The notes: generated from the sequence alone by a model not told the origin. A stretch of 64,000 nt of DNA from Syncephalis fuscata S228 (GCA_025786725.1 JAHLTZ010000002.1:806001-870000), one strand, 5' to 3'; shown: positions 24,817 through 39,045, counted from the stretch's first letter. Program-made: numbers and translations.

Positions 24817-25003
24817 ATCCTCTCTAGCCATTGGCTTAGATCAAGTGTAGTATCTGTTCTTATCAGTTTGATTGCTGATATCTCTCCAACGGAGAGAAGT
24901 AATCAGACCGATTTTTGGGAAGGTCGGCAGTTGCAGTTGCTTGCAACGGACTGTCGGACGGTGCGCCGGTCTTTTCACCTTCGACCGTGTGCGCCGAACC
25001 GCC
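24817..25003 (+). ncRNA. U2: U2 spliceosomal snRNA
   Basis: GGCTTAGATCAAGTGTAGTATCTGTTCTTATCAG core with branch-recognition sequence; stem IIa, stem IIb (TCTCTCC/GGAGAGA), compensated IIc (GTTTGATTGC/GTAATCAGAC), Sm site GATTTTTGG, 3' stem-loops III and IV. Confidence 0.97.
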
Positions 25004-25668
25004 TTTTTATTCTAATAAAAAAAATACAAATACAAGCAAGCTATTGTTATTAAGTAAACATTGTTTATGTGGTATTGCATTGCTTTAGGTTTTATAGTAA
25101 TTAGAATAAATAAAATACAGTTTCAATAGTACGTCATTGCCAAGTTTATAGCAATTAGTACATCAAGTGACGCTGCATATAGAGTTTAAATATTAATTTG
25201 CTTTATTGGATTACAAATAGTACGAGTTAATCTAGCACTTGTTCAGAATAGTGTATAATGGTGCATATCAAATATTTTATTGTATAAATCTACGAACAAT
25301 CAGCTATGCATTAGCACGATTTCTATTTTTGTAATGTTAGTTACATTTTGCACACATTGTTGTTATATTCGTGTTTGTCAAAGCAACAATAAATATTAAA
25401 CTGTATTATATGTTTATATTGTGCCTTTGCAATATCTGTTGATGAAAACTAAATCAGGGTAAACAGGTGAACTTGTTGATTGTTCTATAAATAATTGAAC
25501 AATCACAAAAAACTAAACAGGAAATTATTCTTTGTTTTAATTTAACTAGACATTATACACCTCTGTTCAAAGTTTTCGATATGTATATATTCAATGGTGA
25601 TATTAAAGTATTATTTCTTCATTTCTTCATTTTAGCCTACTTCTGTTTACTTTTGCATTTCTACTAGC

Positions 25669-27666
25669 ATGAAGCTTTCAACTTGTTTGCGTTTTTTGTT
25701 TTTATATTTGGACTACTTTTAACCAAATTCAGCATTACCAAAGGAGAACTGACTGTATTCTACGATGAAAACAAATCTATTACTCTTCCAACATACGATT
25801 ACTTTTTTTACTCACAGCCGTACTATAAATATGAAGGCGTAAGTATATTTTGGCCATGGGTAAAAAACTCAACCAACTGCACCTTGGAACGGCCTGAAAT
25901 AGTCATCGGATCTAATGCTGCGACTCTCGAAGCCATAAATACACTTGATAACATGACCGTCACTACAACAATAGGCGATTCCTACAACTCTGGATGTATT
26001 ACAATCGCTCAAGCAAGTAAATAAACAAAACAGCCAATGTTGTCTAATCAACTGTATATCTAGATTGGTCTGGCAGTTGAGCAACTTTCACGCCAACTTG
26101 TAGAACAAAAACTGCCACCAATAAAGCTAATAATTATGATGGCATTACTTGTTTCATTGGAAGTAAATAATACCATACCATATTGGGGACTAAACGCGCC
26201 TTGGTATGCCACAAGCTCTCCTTTCAAAATACCTGATGGGCCACCCTCCATTGATATCGCTTTATTGGACGACAAAGTATTACCAAAAATAGTTGATATT
26301 ATTAGAGAAGAGCTAGTCTTTGCTTTTCAAATTGAAGAAGGTAATATGCAGACATTTATTGTTTGAAAAATATTAAATATCGACTATAGAGCCTGGACCA
26401 TGGAATGAACTGTTTCTTTCAACTGGATATACTGCTTTTCGCTGGATTTGCTTTGTTCTGGTACTGTTAAACATAGACAAGCTGACTTATGCTTATTATT
26501 TATTGTGTATTATAGGTTCTCTGTGTATTTATATATGCATATGCACGTGTGGCCATGCTGATAAAATATGCTTCTATTGCTAAAAATCTACAATTGGTAG
26601 CATTTATATTCGGCTCTTTATCTTGTATTTGTAAGAGTATTTGCTGTTTAGCAATGCACAAATTAACTTTTTATATAGTATTTTTGGTTTATATAGACTT
26701 CCATTAGAAACATATAAAAGTACCATGCTCGATGGGGTTGCAGAAATATTATTTGCCATTTCTTTTGATGTATTCCTTTTGCATTGGTAAGACATTGTAT
26801 GTAACTAAGCACACTAGCTCATCATTCAATTCAAGGTCTTTTTGTAGTAAAAGGCATTTTTCCAAAGTCTTTCTTATATTCTTTCGAATTGCGGTGGGTT
26901 TAGTTTTTTTGATGGAAATTGCGACGTTTACCTTGATAATGCTTATGGTCAATGGTCTAATTGAAACCATTAATGGCAAAATATTTGCCATGTTTGATGA
27001 TTATATAACTTTCATAACACCAATCATAAGCGCTATCATTTTTGGAGTTTTTAGTAAGTATAATCAATTCTGGCAACTAGTATACTAATGGTTTAAATTA
27101 ATAGCTATCTGGTTTACCAAAAGTGCGTATCAATTAAGAAAACATCCCAAAGCATGGCCTCGTTTTATTCAGGTACTTTACCATGTATCGTATGCTAGCA
27201 AACCTCTAATCAACCTACATGGTAGCTGATAGCATTTTCAGTATTGGGGTTAGTCATTTATTTGATCAAGACGTCACTAAAGGCCATCAGCAAGTATAAT
27301 GATCATTATTCAATTGAGAAATCTATCAAAGATGTTCTAATTTCCAAGGCCACAAACGAGATTATATTTGTTCTTTATGCATTTGCATGTATGGCGGTTC
27401 TTGGTGTATACTGGCCTAAACCTGACAATGCAACAATAACAGCAGTGGCACACACACCACTTGCTGGCCTGACTACTATTGGATATGAGACAACTATGAA
27501 TGACATGGATACAAAGCCAGTCAACAATATTCTCCTACTAGCTAAACGTAACAAGCGACCGCGTAGTATTATTTTATCAGAAACTATTACAGTCGAAACA
27601 ATAACTAAATCAGCTACATCAACCATGCCAAGCTCATACCTAGATGTTTCTATTGTAAATAAATAA
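25669..27666 (+). CDS. Signal-peptide-bearing multi-TM (GPCR-like) protein with N-terminal ectodomain, multi-exon
   Basis: Signal peptide, ~200-aa ectodomain ending EEPGPWNELF, then successive hydrophobic exons; GC-AG intron 26013-26063; probable 1-nt loss in the T-run at ~25695. Confidence 0.65.
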
Positions 27667-28308
27667 AGAAACTTTGCACATCTAAATTTACTAAATAGTT
27701 ATCAAATCTACAGATTTATTCTGAATCTCACAGTTAGTTACATAGATACTGTTTATTGTTACTGTAAATATAAACTGCCGCGTAGTAAAAGTACTTGTTT
27801 GACAATTTATTTGGGCAGCAATGGTTTATAATCCAATCATATTAATACGAATTTATATATGGACTGTGAGCTTTTTGTTCTAGCAACGCTATATGAATAC
27901 AATACTAATCAACAATCTTGTACCATATACAAGTATCAGCCAGTATTGCAGCACCATTGAACCTTTAAAAATCGGGGAATAATTGCTTATATCCGATTTG
28001 TAGGTAATGTCTATAGATAATAGTCGCAAATAGCTGTTTTGTCAACTTTCTATTTTATTAGATTGAGCTTATAATGCATTTTATCCAGACGTTAGTGAAT
28101 CTAAACCACATCGTTTAATATCAATATATTTACATTTTATAAGGGCTATCATATAAAATTGTGCTATTTAATTGTTGATTTATCATATTTTGGGTTAAGC
28201 AAGATGTAATATAAAGATGTACACCCATGTTAAAAAATAGTAAAAAATATACGTTAGATACAGTGTAGTAAAAGTTATAAATGCTTGTGATAATAATGAT
28301 AAAATACG

Positions 28309-30172
28309 TTAAACATATGCTGTTGCTGGTTGAGGCAATTCTCTAGTGTTAACAGAGCGCCATTGCGCTATTAGACGTCTCCAAATGGCAACCATGTCTG
28401 GCCCATGAGGCGAGTGTCGCGACGCATTTAATAATAAACCGCACATTTGTATAAGACTGGCAGCATCCTGTTTACGTCGGTTGCTATCCTCGCTTTGTAT
28501 CAGTGCGAAAGCAACTGGTAAATAAAAATTAGCATGTGTATCGACAGCTTAATAATAATAATAATCGACATGCTTACCTTCAATTTCTGCTGCCAATGGA
28601 TAAATATCTGATCTCTAAATTTAGATAATAACAAATCACGCATGGGGATGTGACGCAATCCACGAAAAGCGGCACACAGATAGGTTATGATTTGAGAGTG
28701 GAAACGACGCCATAACTTTGCCATTTCCGCTAATAAGGCATAGCCGCTTAATCCAACAACACGGGGATAGAGTGCGTACATGCCAGCATCTAGAAATGTA
28801 TCCAGACTGCTTTTTATATTTTCCGGAAGCTTTCTTCCAATACAGCGTCTAATTGGCGTGATTAGTATTTTGTATAATCACGTAGATGTACTTACTTTAT
28901 AACAATTGCAACGTCTTCTAAACAAGCGCTTACATGCTGCTCGTTAAACAGTGCCAAAAGTCGAATAAACACTTCCTGCCATTCATCTGGTGCACCATAT
29001 TCTTTATTGGCAGCAATAATCTCTTGAACCAAACTGTCGCCATCTAACGAGTAGCCCGATTGTGTAGGCACTGAATCCGAATGACCATCTTCGTAATCCT
29101 CATCAGTATCGTTAATCAATATAATGTCGTGTGCAGTTTTTCGTTTTGCTTGATACGATGCTTTGTTTGTGTCTTCTTCCAAATCACTCATGCTAAATGG
29201 ACCCGGTGAGTGATAGCCTTGGTCCGGGGTTGCTACAGAATGGTTGGCCTCTGAGCAAGGCGAATGGGGCGTAGGGCTATTTAGGCGTAATATGGACAGA
29301 GAAGATGCGCAACGCTGCAAGTAAAGCTGTAGATTAGGCACGCTAATGGCCGGTTTGGGTCCACGCGGTTTTTCAAGATGTACTGGCGAGTGCTGTTCCG
29401 ACGAGCGTCGGAGCCAATGCTGCTGCTGCTGCTGTTGTTGTTGATGTGTGCTATAAGGACTAAGTAAATCCGTGGTTTTGCGACCACGTTCGACATGCGG
29501 TAGCGATGAGGTGCGTGGTCGATAATCGTAGAGCGAATTCAGCGGACTGGATTTAAACCAGCCAAATGCACCCATAGCTTCGCCAACATTGTCTATTATT
29601 GAGTCGTGCTGCATTTTGCCAGTCGTATCAACGCGTAGGCTGGGCTTTGATCGTTTTTTACCCGTCTTTTTTGTACGATCGTTTGATCCAGAGTTTAGCG
29701 AGAAAAACGAGCCTCGTGGTCGTAAAAAACGAAAGCCGCTTCGGGATGGCGGAGGGCTTTCGATTGTTATTGAGGCTGAACAGCTGTGTATAGCGGGGCC
29801 GACTGCTTCGTCGTCGATCGAGCTTGATAACGACACCGTATCCATATCTTTGGACAACCCATCTGATAGCTGATATCCACGTCCTGTTACGTGGTGGGAT
29901 GACCAGCCAACGGGGCCGGACAAATAGCGACATCGTTCGTCTAGCAGTAAACTGCCAGCAATGGCATCGACCGCAAACGACTCATTTTCAGTGCTCGATA
30001 GATCGACTGAGCGACGGTGAGGAAACTCAATAGGCTGCTCATCGATAACGGTACCTTCTGGCACAGGTTCTACATAGTCATAGTCATACAAAAAACTAAA
30101 AACATTATCTACATGGTTGGACGAGCGCAGACCAGTTTTTTCCCCCGAGGACATAAACTTGGACAGCGGCAT
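28309..30172 (-). CDS. HbrB-domain protein (TORC2 subunit Bit61/PRR5-like), paralog 1
   Basis: Long Ser-rich disordered N-terminus, then EWQEVFIRLLALFNEQ...CLEDV, LAEMAKLWRRFHSQIITYLCAAF, MRDLLLSKFRDQIF, LIQMCGLL. Confidence 0.7.
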
Positions 30173-31019
30173 AGTGGATGGTATATTTACTAACGAAATT
30201 AAATCTACGGGTGCAGGAGCGAAGTTGTTACAAAAACTACAAACGTATATGAACAGAGTATGTATTATTTGTTATTATGATGTATTATTATTATTGCTAG
30301 TGCTATTTGACAGACAAAAGGAGGAATAGGGAAACAAAAGGATGGTAGAGGCAGGGCAAGTCGGTGCATGCACGCACGCATGGCCAATATGTACTTCAAG
30401 TATTTGTGGCCGTGCCGACTCGTTAGCCGTGCGTGTGTCTATGTGCATGTCGCGTGGTGTTATCCACACAAGTATTGGGCATTGCATAATGGGATAAAAA
30501 TAAACCACACTGGTTCTATAGAGTTCATTTTCACGTTTTCTTTTTTTTATTATGGCACTAACGACGTCCAGTGTGGAATTGACCACTACTTTAGAGGAGC
30601 AAGTGTTGGCGCCTCTACGTGCTAATGCAGTAGCCAATGACGGCGTGGTGGCCACGTCTATCGGACAGTTGCCAGTCAGCACGCTACATTAAGGTAATTA
30701 TCAATAGGTTTGCTTTATTGTTTATTGGTATATCTATTTGTTGGTAATTAATACGCTATAAAGAAACCTGTTAATAGAAGACCAAACACTGTGGGGACTA
30801 CTCTGTTCATTAACAGAACTATTACGCGAACAGTGGCTTATGGATTGTAGTGTATTGGTGCTATCAACAACGGCTACTCTACGTCTACTACGGAATCTTA
30901 TGCCTAACGCGCCCCAGAACCAACTTGCAGCCATGTAAGTAGTTTGTAAAAGTGTTGCAAATATATTTAATAACAATTATAGGCAATATCGGTTACACGA
31001 ATTACCAATTGCTGTTTTA

Positions 31020-32501
31020 ATGACTGAGCCAACAACTATTCAAAAAAGTCTAGACTCTAGTTCAAGTAAGTCAATCGATTTAGTTTAAACCTTATTTAAT
31101 CAATAAAAGTCCAAATGGCTATTCGTATGGCTACACAGACATTATGTAATTTAGTGGCCAATAATGAATTGGCTGCATCGCAGCTATGGGACGAATATTT
31201 GATCAAAGATGATGATACGTTTAGGTATTTAATTATAATAGGATCAATTGACATCATATCTAAATAGCTACTAGATCTATAATACATACAGAAGATGCAC
31301 CCACTCAAACTGCTTTCCTCGTGTTTATTGTTAATTCCTGTAAATATAGTAAAAGCACAAGGTATGCTGTACATCAAATACAATAACTGTATTTACTTAA
31401 TGCTGGCAACTAGTCGATGGATAACAACGAATTTAATATGGTTATTGGGCGACATATATTCGTGGGCTGATAATTTACATAAAAATGAATTGAATGATGA
31501 TTTTGAATTATTACACAGTATTACATTGATTTTAATGGAACATCAATTATTACCATTATTATTAGAAACATTATATCAGCCACAAAATGTGTAAGTATTT
31601 GACTAATAATTAATTATTTAATATTTCTAATCAATATTGTAGTGCTCGTTGGTTAACATCGCCATTGGCTATTATTCTCAATTTGTCGATGGTCATTTAA
31701 ATAACGATGCTTCTTATTTACTCAAAAATGAAACGATAGAAATGATCAATTCTATCTATAGACAAATAGCGCAATGGTCTATTAATACGCTAAAATCTAA
31801 TTCGGCTTCTATCGAGTCTAAAACAAGTTCAACTTCTTCTATGCCAGTCATGTCATTTGATGATCATTGCACCTGTCTACTGCTTTTATTACAAATATTG
31901 ATTCACCAATCACTTGTACAACAAGAGAATATAAGCCGACTTGAACAACTGTTATCTTGCACTGTTGGTAGGATATATATACTTTGATATATAGTTATGC
32001 TAATATTGTTATAATAGAATTGCTAGCTGTTACTGAACGGGCAATTCCACGTACCACAGCTGTATCAAACAACACAGCCACTTCACCTACAAATCTAGCC
32101 TCAGTTAACCTTGATGGTTTTAACTGTGTTAAACGAGATACTGTACGACTTTTAGGCAATTTAGCCCATCAACAACCAACAGTTCAAGACCAGGTTAGTT
32201 GCAATGAAAGAAAGGATATTTAAACCATAATAACACTAATAATAACAACATTTAGATAAGAGAATTAGGTGGATTAGCCTTAGTATTAGGGCAATGTTCT
32301 ATCGATGATCGTAATCCATTTGTACGAGAATATGCTATTATGGCCATTCGATGCTTGTTAGAAGGTAATGATACAAATCAATATTTAGTGGCTCAAATGG
32401 CACCGATAGCCGCATCACAACATCCGGCACTGGCTGAAGCCGGATTCAAAGTAGCGCTTGATGATAATGGCAAGCCTCAATTACAAAAGTTGGAACGCTA
32501 A
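31020..32501 (+). CDS. ATXN10: Ataxin-10 / Ctr86 homolog (multi-exon)
   Basis: C-terminal KRDTVRLLGNL...[46 protein letters not shown]. Confidence 0.9.
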
Positions 32502-32540
32502 ACCTGTTGATTTATTAATTCATTGGATAGAAATAAAGAT

Positions 32541-34034
32541 CTATTCCGTTTTCTGTAGTTTACGCTGCTTTTCACGATATTCTATGGCTCTAATCATATT
32601 CAATTAATAATCTAGCATGGTTTAAAAATAAATAACTTACGTATACCAAGCACCTATTAATTAAAGTAATCGATTAAGCATGATATGTATCAATGACGGA
32701 TTAATTAATCTATTACAATGATCTACTTACCGCCAGCCAATGTAATAAAAATACCTAGCGCATTCATTCCGGTGATAGTCAGGTTGAACAAAAATACGGC
32801 CATAACAATTGATAATACTTGTTTTACGTTGCCTAAACCATTAAATATAAGATCATTGCTGTATTTAAAAAACAATACTACCTACCGGCTACCGTCATAG
32901 TAAGAGCTGATGTTTTCTTATTAGCCGTAAAGCTAACAACATTCAACAAGAATGCAATAATGCCGTTGACCGATAGTGCAATAGCCACTTGCCAATTCAA
33001 TTCTGTTGCTATAAATTTAGTCAAAGCAACCGATTCACCGGTAATGTAGGCGTAGACAACCGTTTGAATACAGGCCAATGGTGACATACGCAACAATAAA
33101 TCAAGAGGATGCAGCTGCAATTTACCAACTTGTACACGATTAGTGACAATCGTTTTTACAGCCGCCAGAACGGCACCCAACACCGTTAAGAAGAAACCTA
33201 TACAACAAATTAGCTATATATTGACTTGCTATTCATTCTATTTACCAAGTGCAGTGTAGCTGTATTCACCAAAAGTAGCCAATGAGATACCTATAATCAA
33301 CTATAAATAGGGTAAATACTGCATTAATACCACTACATTTAACTACACTTACTGGTAAAAGTGATAAAAAGGTCATGGCTGAATAAGTGCGGCCTAGGAA
33401 CCACCATGAAAGAGCCACGGTAAATACTGGAGTCATAGCCCGTACTACTTGGTGAAACTAGTTATATATACATTTCATTTAGCTATAATAGCTAATTGGG
33501 CGGTTAGCACTATTACTTACTGGTACAGTCACCATGTGTCTATATAATCAATAATCAGCACCAGTAATAAGGGTATCAATAGCTTACTTACAAAGATACA
33601 TTACTAATAGCAATATTCAACGTATAAAGAATCGAAAACATGACCATAACCGAATATTCTTGTGTAGTAAGCTTGGCTGGTTTAAATACACCAGTTTGTG
33701 CAAGTAGCCATGCACCCAGTGTACCGAAAAAGGCATGGATTCCCGTCAATGTCCATGGAAAGCCAAATCGTAAGTTTTGTAGTACCGCCTTGTTATATAG
33801 AGTCAAGGTAAGATTAAAGAAAAAATAGCAAGCTAGCCAAGTATAGGAGTGATCGGTTGCTGTTGTACTAGCCGTTGTACTATGAGTAGTATCAACTGTC
33901 GGAGTTTCGTTCTTTAGCGGTGCTACCTTGGACGACGACGACAACGACGATGAATCTAGACTAGTAGACGCAACATCTTTCTCTGATTCATTGGTGTCCT
34001 TTCCACGTCGACGAGTTGAGGCTCTTGTTTGCAT
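32541..34034 (-). CDS. TPT-family nucleotide-sugar transporter (multi-exon, includes micro-exons)
   Basis: WLACYFFFNLTLTLYNKAVL, FPWTLTGIH, LYTLNIAISNVSL, FHQVVRAMTPVFT, LDLLLRMSPLA, NVVSFTANKKTSALTMTVAGNVKQ. Confidence 0.92.
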
Positions 34035-34609
34035 GATAATAACAGAAATAGGACCTGTATAGTTGTAATAATAGCAATAACGATAGCAACAGTAAAGTGT
34101 GATAGCAACAATAGTAATACTAGTGTTTGGCTATAGAATAAGGCGCCACACATTCCGATTTAAATATTCCAAACGCCGAAAAGTACCACAGGTTTCATTT
34201 ACACTGACATGTGTTATGACAAAACAACACTATTTACAGTCTCATTTAAAGCTTTTTCTTTTCATTTGTGTGTGTGTATTTCACTCTACTTTTATTGCAC
34301 CACATACCGAGGCTGGCTACAAATATTGCCGCTTCTTTTCTTCTTTCATTCCATTATTTTGGTTACGCACACAAACACATATACCACTTACTGTGGGTTC
34401 ACTTATATCTTTTGACTTATTAGCACTTTTATTTTAACTACTATTTACTATTATTGTTATTACTGCGTTCTTCTGGTGCTGCGCCGGTACGCTGTTCCAT
34501 TTCTACCTACGCACACACACACACACCTATAACAACACAACACATCCCCACTTAGTACCCCTTCTTGTTTTCACCCTTATTCTCTTGCTGTTCGGTATTA
34601 CTCATCGTG

Positions 34610-36115
34610 ATGGATATCTTCGATATTGTTGCGGCATCGGCCCGGGTAAAAACACCGTCGTCGTCGGGTGTATCGCAACAGTCGTCGACGTATAGTAGCG
34701 GCGATGGATTTATGCGGTCTCGAACTGGATCGGCCGGGGAAACTTCGTTGTCGCATTCTATGCGGCCGGGTAAACCAAATCGACTACTGATGTCGCCTAT
34801 TACACAGCGTACTAAAACGATTCTAAAGTCACCACGTTCGCAAAGAAAGTATGCTAACCAACTGCCACCACCGCCAAGTAGTTTCTCGCCCGATGAGCTT
34901 GTACACTACTCGTTACATAGCAATCTATCGCCTGACCTAACCGTACCTACATTATCTTTTCCCTCTCGCAAGGGCAAGCAGCGGGCCGCCACCACCTCAT
35001 CGGTCGATAGAGATAACATTTCTATTATTCCCAATTCAAAATCAAATCCATTGTATAGGCATGACCATGACTTTCATACGACGACTACAGCCATAGCGAA
35101 TGGTAATAACGGTAATCTGATTGTTAATAGTAAAATGATCGGCAATAGTGTAACATCCTTGAATGCATTTGGCTTCAATCTTCAATGCTTATAGAACCAT
35201 CGATGAAAGACTTTCGTATGAGTCCCAATGCTTCTTCGCAGTCGCTTAAATCGTTATCGTCACTTGATGCTCGAGGCATTGTACGCGATGTAACACAGGC
35301 CACGGATGTTGCTCTTATTGATGACTGGACCCGAATTGGTATGACGGTGTTGCCATTATTTAACGGTGAAGCTGTACATGGTTGTATGGAAGATTTGGCT
35401 GCATTAGTCAAGTAAGTGTAACATAATATAGCATAATATAGTATTTAATAATAATAATAATATAATTAATATAATAATTAATATTATTTTTATAGACAAT
35501 GTATTCATGAACGTGATCGTTCTACGTTATTACCCGATTTTACCCGTATTCTTGATCATGGTATGTTAAATTTAAATGCGCAACTACAGCATTTACCGTC
35601 CGAGGATGCTTTATTACCTTGGCTAGCTGATACATGGCACTTCTTCCACACCGATGTTCTGTCCTATCTGCTATGTGTATTTATGCCCATGCAGACCCTG
35701 TTGAATCGTCGTTCTTTGGACACATTTAATGTACGCGAACAGATTCTATCTAGTTTCCGCGACCAAGTATTTCTACCGATATCCGATCGGATTGTTGGTA
35801 ATTAGCATAGGACTCGAATCAATTGCGTTAATTAATTCAAATATAATAGCACAATTTAGTAAAATACCCTCCAATACCGATGCAGAAACTCGGGAGACAA
35901 TGGCACGAATTGTTCAAATGACTGGTATCATTTGCAATACACTGGCCGCTCCTGAACAACGAAGACGTACCCTTAATGTGTGGCATGCCCTTATGCGTCG
36001 TTGGCATGTTGTTATGGCGCAACAACGTGATGTTCGACGCCCCAATGCCATGTATCGACGTTGGACCCGATCAACTACCGGACCTATTCCACCTTCTGGC
36101 CGCCGTATAGGCTAG
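34610..36115 (+). CDS. HbrB-domain protein (Bit61/PRR5-like), paralog 2; apparent 1-nt deletion at ~35180
   Basis: DDWTRIGMTVLPLFNGEAVHGCMEDL, LADTWHFFHTDVLSYLLCVFMP, VREQILSSFRDQVFLP, MARIVQMTGII. Confidence 0.8.
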
Positions 36116-36552
36116 ATCAGCTATCGTTATTAAACAATAGAAGCATAATAGTCTATTTGGCCAGATATGTATATAGAACTGCACCGAATATGGCCAACAC
36201 GTTGCATTGTATACTTTAACTTTGCGTATTCTATTTAATTACTACTGACCACGCCCCCCTCTCACCATTACCATCATTTTTATTATTATTACCATTAGTA
36301 TTTGCCATCAGTGTTATTATTGTTATTATTGTTATTAGTGATTTTATGATGATGATTGTATTTGATGTTTGTCATCAATACTTGTTACTAATAAATATAA
36401 ATTCAATTTAATGCAATTATTGATTTGTTTATTATTGTAAAGAAATCGCGTGTTTTCCTCTTTTAATTCATTTCAACGATACTTATTCTTTACATTCCTA
36501 TCAATCAACTGTTTTAGCCATAACAAATAGGGTCGACGCTATTATTGCAACT

Positions 36553-37639
36553 ATGCCACCACGTAGAACACGTCGAGGAACTGCTAAACGCGTGGTCAAC
36601 AAGAGATCTGCGGTTAGAAGCAATAGCAATAATAGCAGTAGTAATAGCAATGCAACACTAGTACATCTATCTACTGCTACGACAAGTGCTAGCGCAGAAA
36701 ACACGTCAGACAATACTACTATAACTACTATAGAAGAGACTGAATTGCAAAGAAAGTACAAGGCTGAGTGTAAGTTGTAGATTATAGTGACGTAATAGTA
36801 GTAGTAGTAGTAACGTGTACTAATGTGTTTGTGTAGTGGCATTAAGGTGTACAGCATTGGAACAGCGAACAGAAGCATTAATTCATTCATTGCAAATGGA
36901 TTATGAGACTAGATTGGCTGCCATGCCCATGGAAATACGTCAAATGCCCGTACGTGTATTCTGTGAGGAATATGAAGGCAGTGTTGCACTGTATTTGGCA
37001 CGAATTGCTCAGTCTACCGCATCAACTTCATCTACACCACCGACCACCTCGACCACTACTGCTACACCATCGTTTATGACGGCTAAGAACCGATTAAGCT
37101 ATAGCAATAGTAATAAGGGTGCTATTACGACAAATGAAGAGACACTATTCACCAAAGATCGTTCTACACGCTCAACTCGACCAACTCGTATTCCTCGATC
37201 AGCACGAAAACGTACAATGACTCGTTCGCGTACAGCATTGATGGCTGATTCACAGCCTCCACCACCATCGATCCATAGTCAGCATGGTACAGCAATGATG
37301 ACTACGCCTAAATTAGATACACGTTTGCCTAAAACACCGCTAATTACTAATCAGACCACAAATCAAGCGCATAATGCGATGAAAACACCACTGGCTCATG
37401 TTAAATCAACCCGTATGGGTAAACGATTAACGCTACGTCGTCAGCCTTCACTTGTATCGCTAGCCTCACCCGAAACGGTAATTACCTTGCCATTGGGTAA
37501 AGGTAATGTACTGGAATTGGATCCGGCCATTTCACCGTCAAATGTACGCCATTTAGGTGATACGGAACGACAGCAAGTTAAAGAGAAGCTAGCCAAGATG
37601 CAGTCGCAATTGGCACGTCTTATGCAAAGCATCGATTAG
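36553..37639 (+). CDS. Borealin/Nbl1-like chromosomal passenger subunit (2 exons)
   Basis: Basic N-terminus; LEQRTEALIHSLQMDYETRLAAMPMEIRQMPVRVFCEEY (Nbl1_Borealin_N pattern); TPKLDTRLPKTP; C-terminal helix. Confidence 0.7.
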
Positions 37640-37798
37640 TAGATTGGCATGCTTATGTTTGGTCAACCTGTATCTTCATAGTTTCTATTCTTGTTTCGTT
37701 TTTATTTTATTATAAATAACTATTAACTATTGCTAATGGTCACATCATTATTATATTGCTATTATTTAGATGTAAAATACCAATAAAATGACTATTTA

Positions 37799-38828
37799 TT
37801 ATTTATAAGATGGTCGTTTATAATTTGGTGTAGGTAGACCTTCAACCATAGTGGCTTCACCTTTACTGCTACCATGAGCATTGCGGTTGGTGCGTTTTGC
37901 TAAAAGTTTCTTTTTAGTATCGTCGCAATTTGCTTCATGTTTAAGTTTTGATTCGGCATTTGCTTTAGCGGCATCACGAGCCTGTGCCAGTCGTTGATCC
38001 AGTCCACCAAGTGCATCATCGATTCTATTACACCTATATATTAGATTAGTGTTGATCAGTAATTAGTAATAGATATTAATAGATGGGCAGCTTATGTACC
38101 AGGCATCTAACGTGGCCGCCAACTGATCCAATTGACCAGGCGATAAATCCCGACCCATAGCATAATCGACGTGTAATTGACTAGATCGTTGATCAAGACG
38201 ACCTCGTAAAATACCGCCGTAAATTGCTTCAATAACTAAACTTTCCATTTCACGTAATTCCGATAAATGTAATGCTTCCAATAAGTGTGGATAGGGCAGT
38301 GTCTATTCAATGACTGGTTAAAAGTGTTTATGACTAATTATAAATAATTACTTGACGTTGAGCGGCCAAAGAAACGACAGTTAATTGACGTAGTTTCGAT
38401 AACTGTTTGCTATCTAATGCTGGTAGATTACTTTGATTAGCTATACAGTATTAATAGGTTAGATTAATTAGTAATTGATAATTAGGCTTGTGGTGAAATA
38501 GCGAGTATTACCTAAATAATCTTCATAAGTGCCATAGGAGAATATTTTTAATAATTCTACATAAGCAACATGTTGTGGATCCTTAGTTAACTGATAATAG
38601 ATATAGTACATGTTATTAATATATTATAGGTGCACTCTATATTAGACTTACTTCTTGTACATTGGGTGCTTGAACGAATTCAGAAAATACATAGACACCA
38701 GGTGCGGATAGTGCTTGTTGGATGAGATTGACACAGCTGGCACCTCGAGTTGACTTTAGCAGCAGTAGTAGACGCTCTGCATTCTGCGCCACTACGCTGC
38801 TTGCTGCCGTTGATGGTTGTTCTGCCAT
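37799..38828 (-). CDS. CSN7: COP9 signalosome subunit 7 (PCI domain)
   Basis: LLLLKSTRGASCVNLIQQALSAPGVYVFSEF, LLKIFSYGTYEDY, KLRQLTVVSLA, LREMESLVIEAIYGGILRGRLDQ, AMGRDL. Confidence 0.93.
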
Positions 38829-39045
38829 AATACTGTTACAGCAAACGCTTAGACGAACAAGTATCGCTGGTTAGTTATAATGACAAGAGTATGAAAGAGA
38901 AGGTAACAAAATGACGTGCGCAAGTCTACAAAGGTGTCCTTATCTTTCTCTTTTATTACTACAATTCGCCTGTTACATCTTTTATTTACACTGCTGAGAT
39001 CTAGTCGTTTGTTTACTTGTTTATTAGTGTACTCGCCAGTGTATT

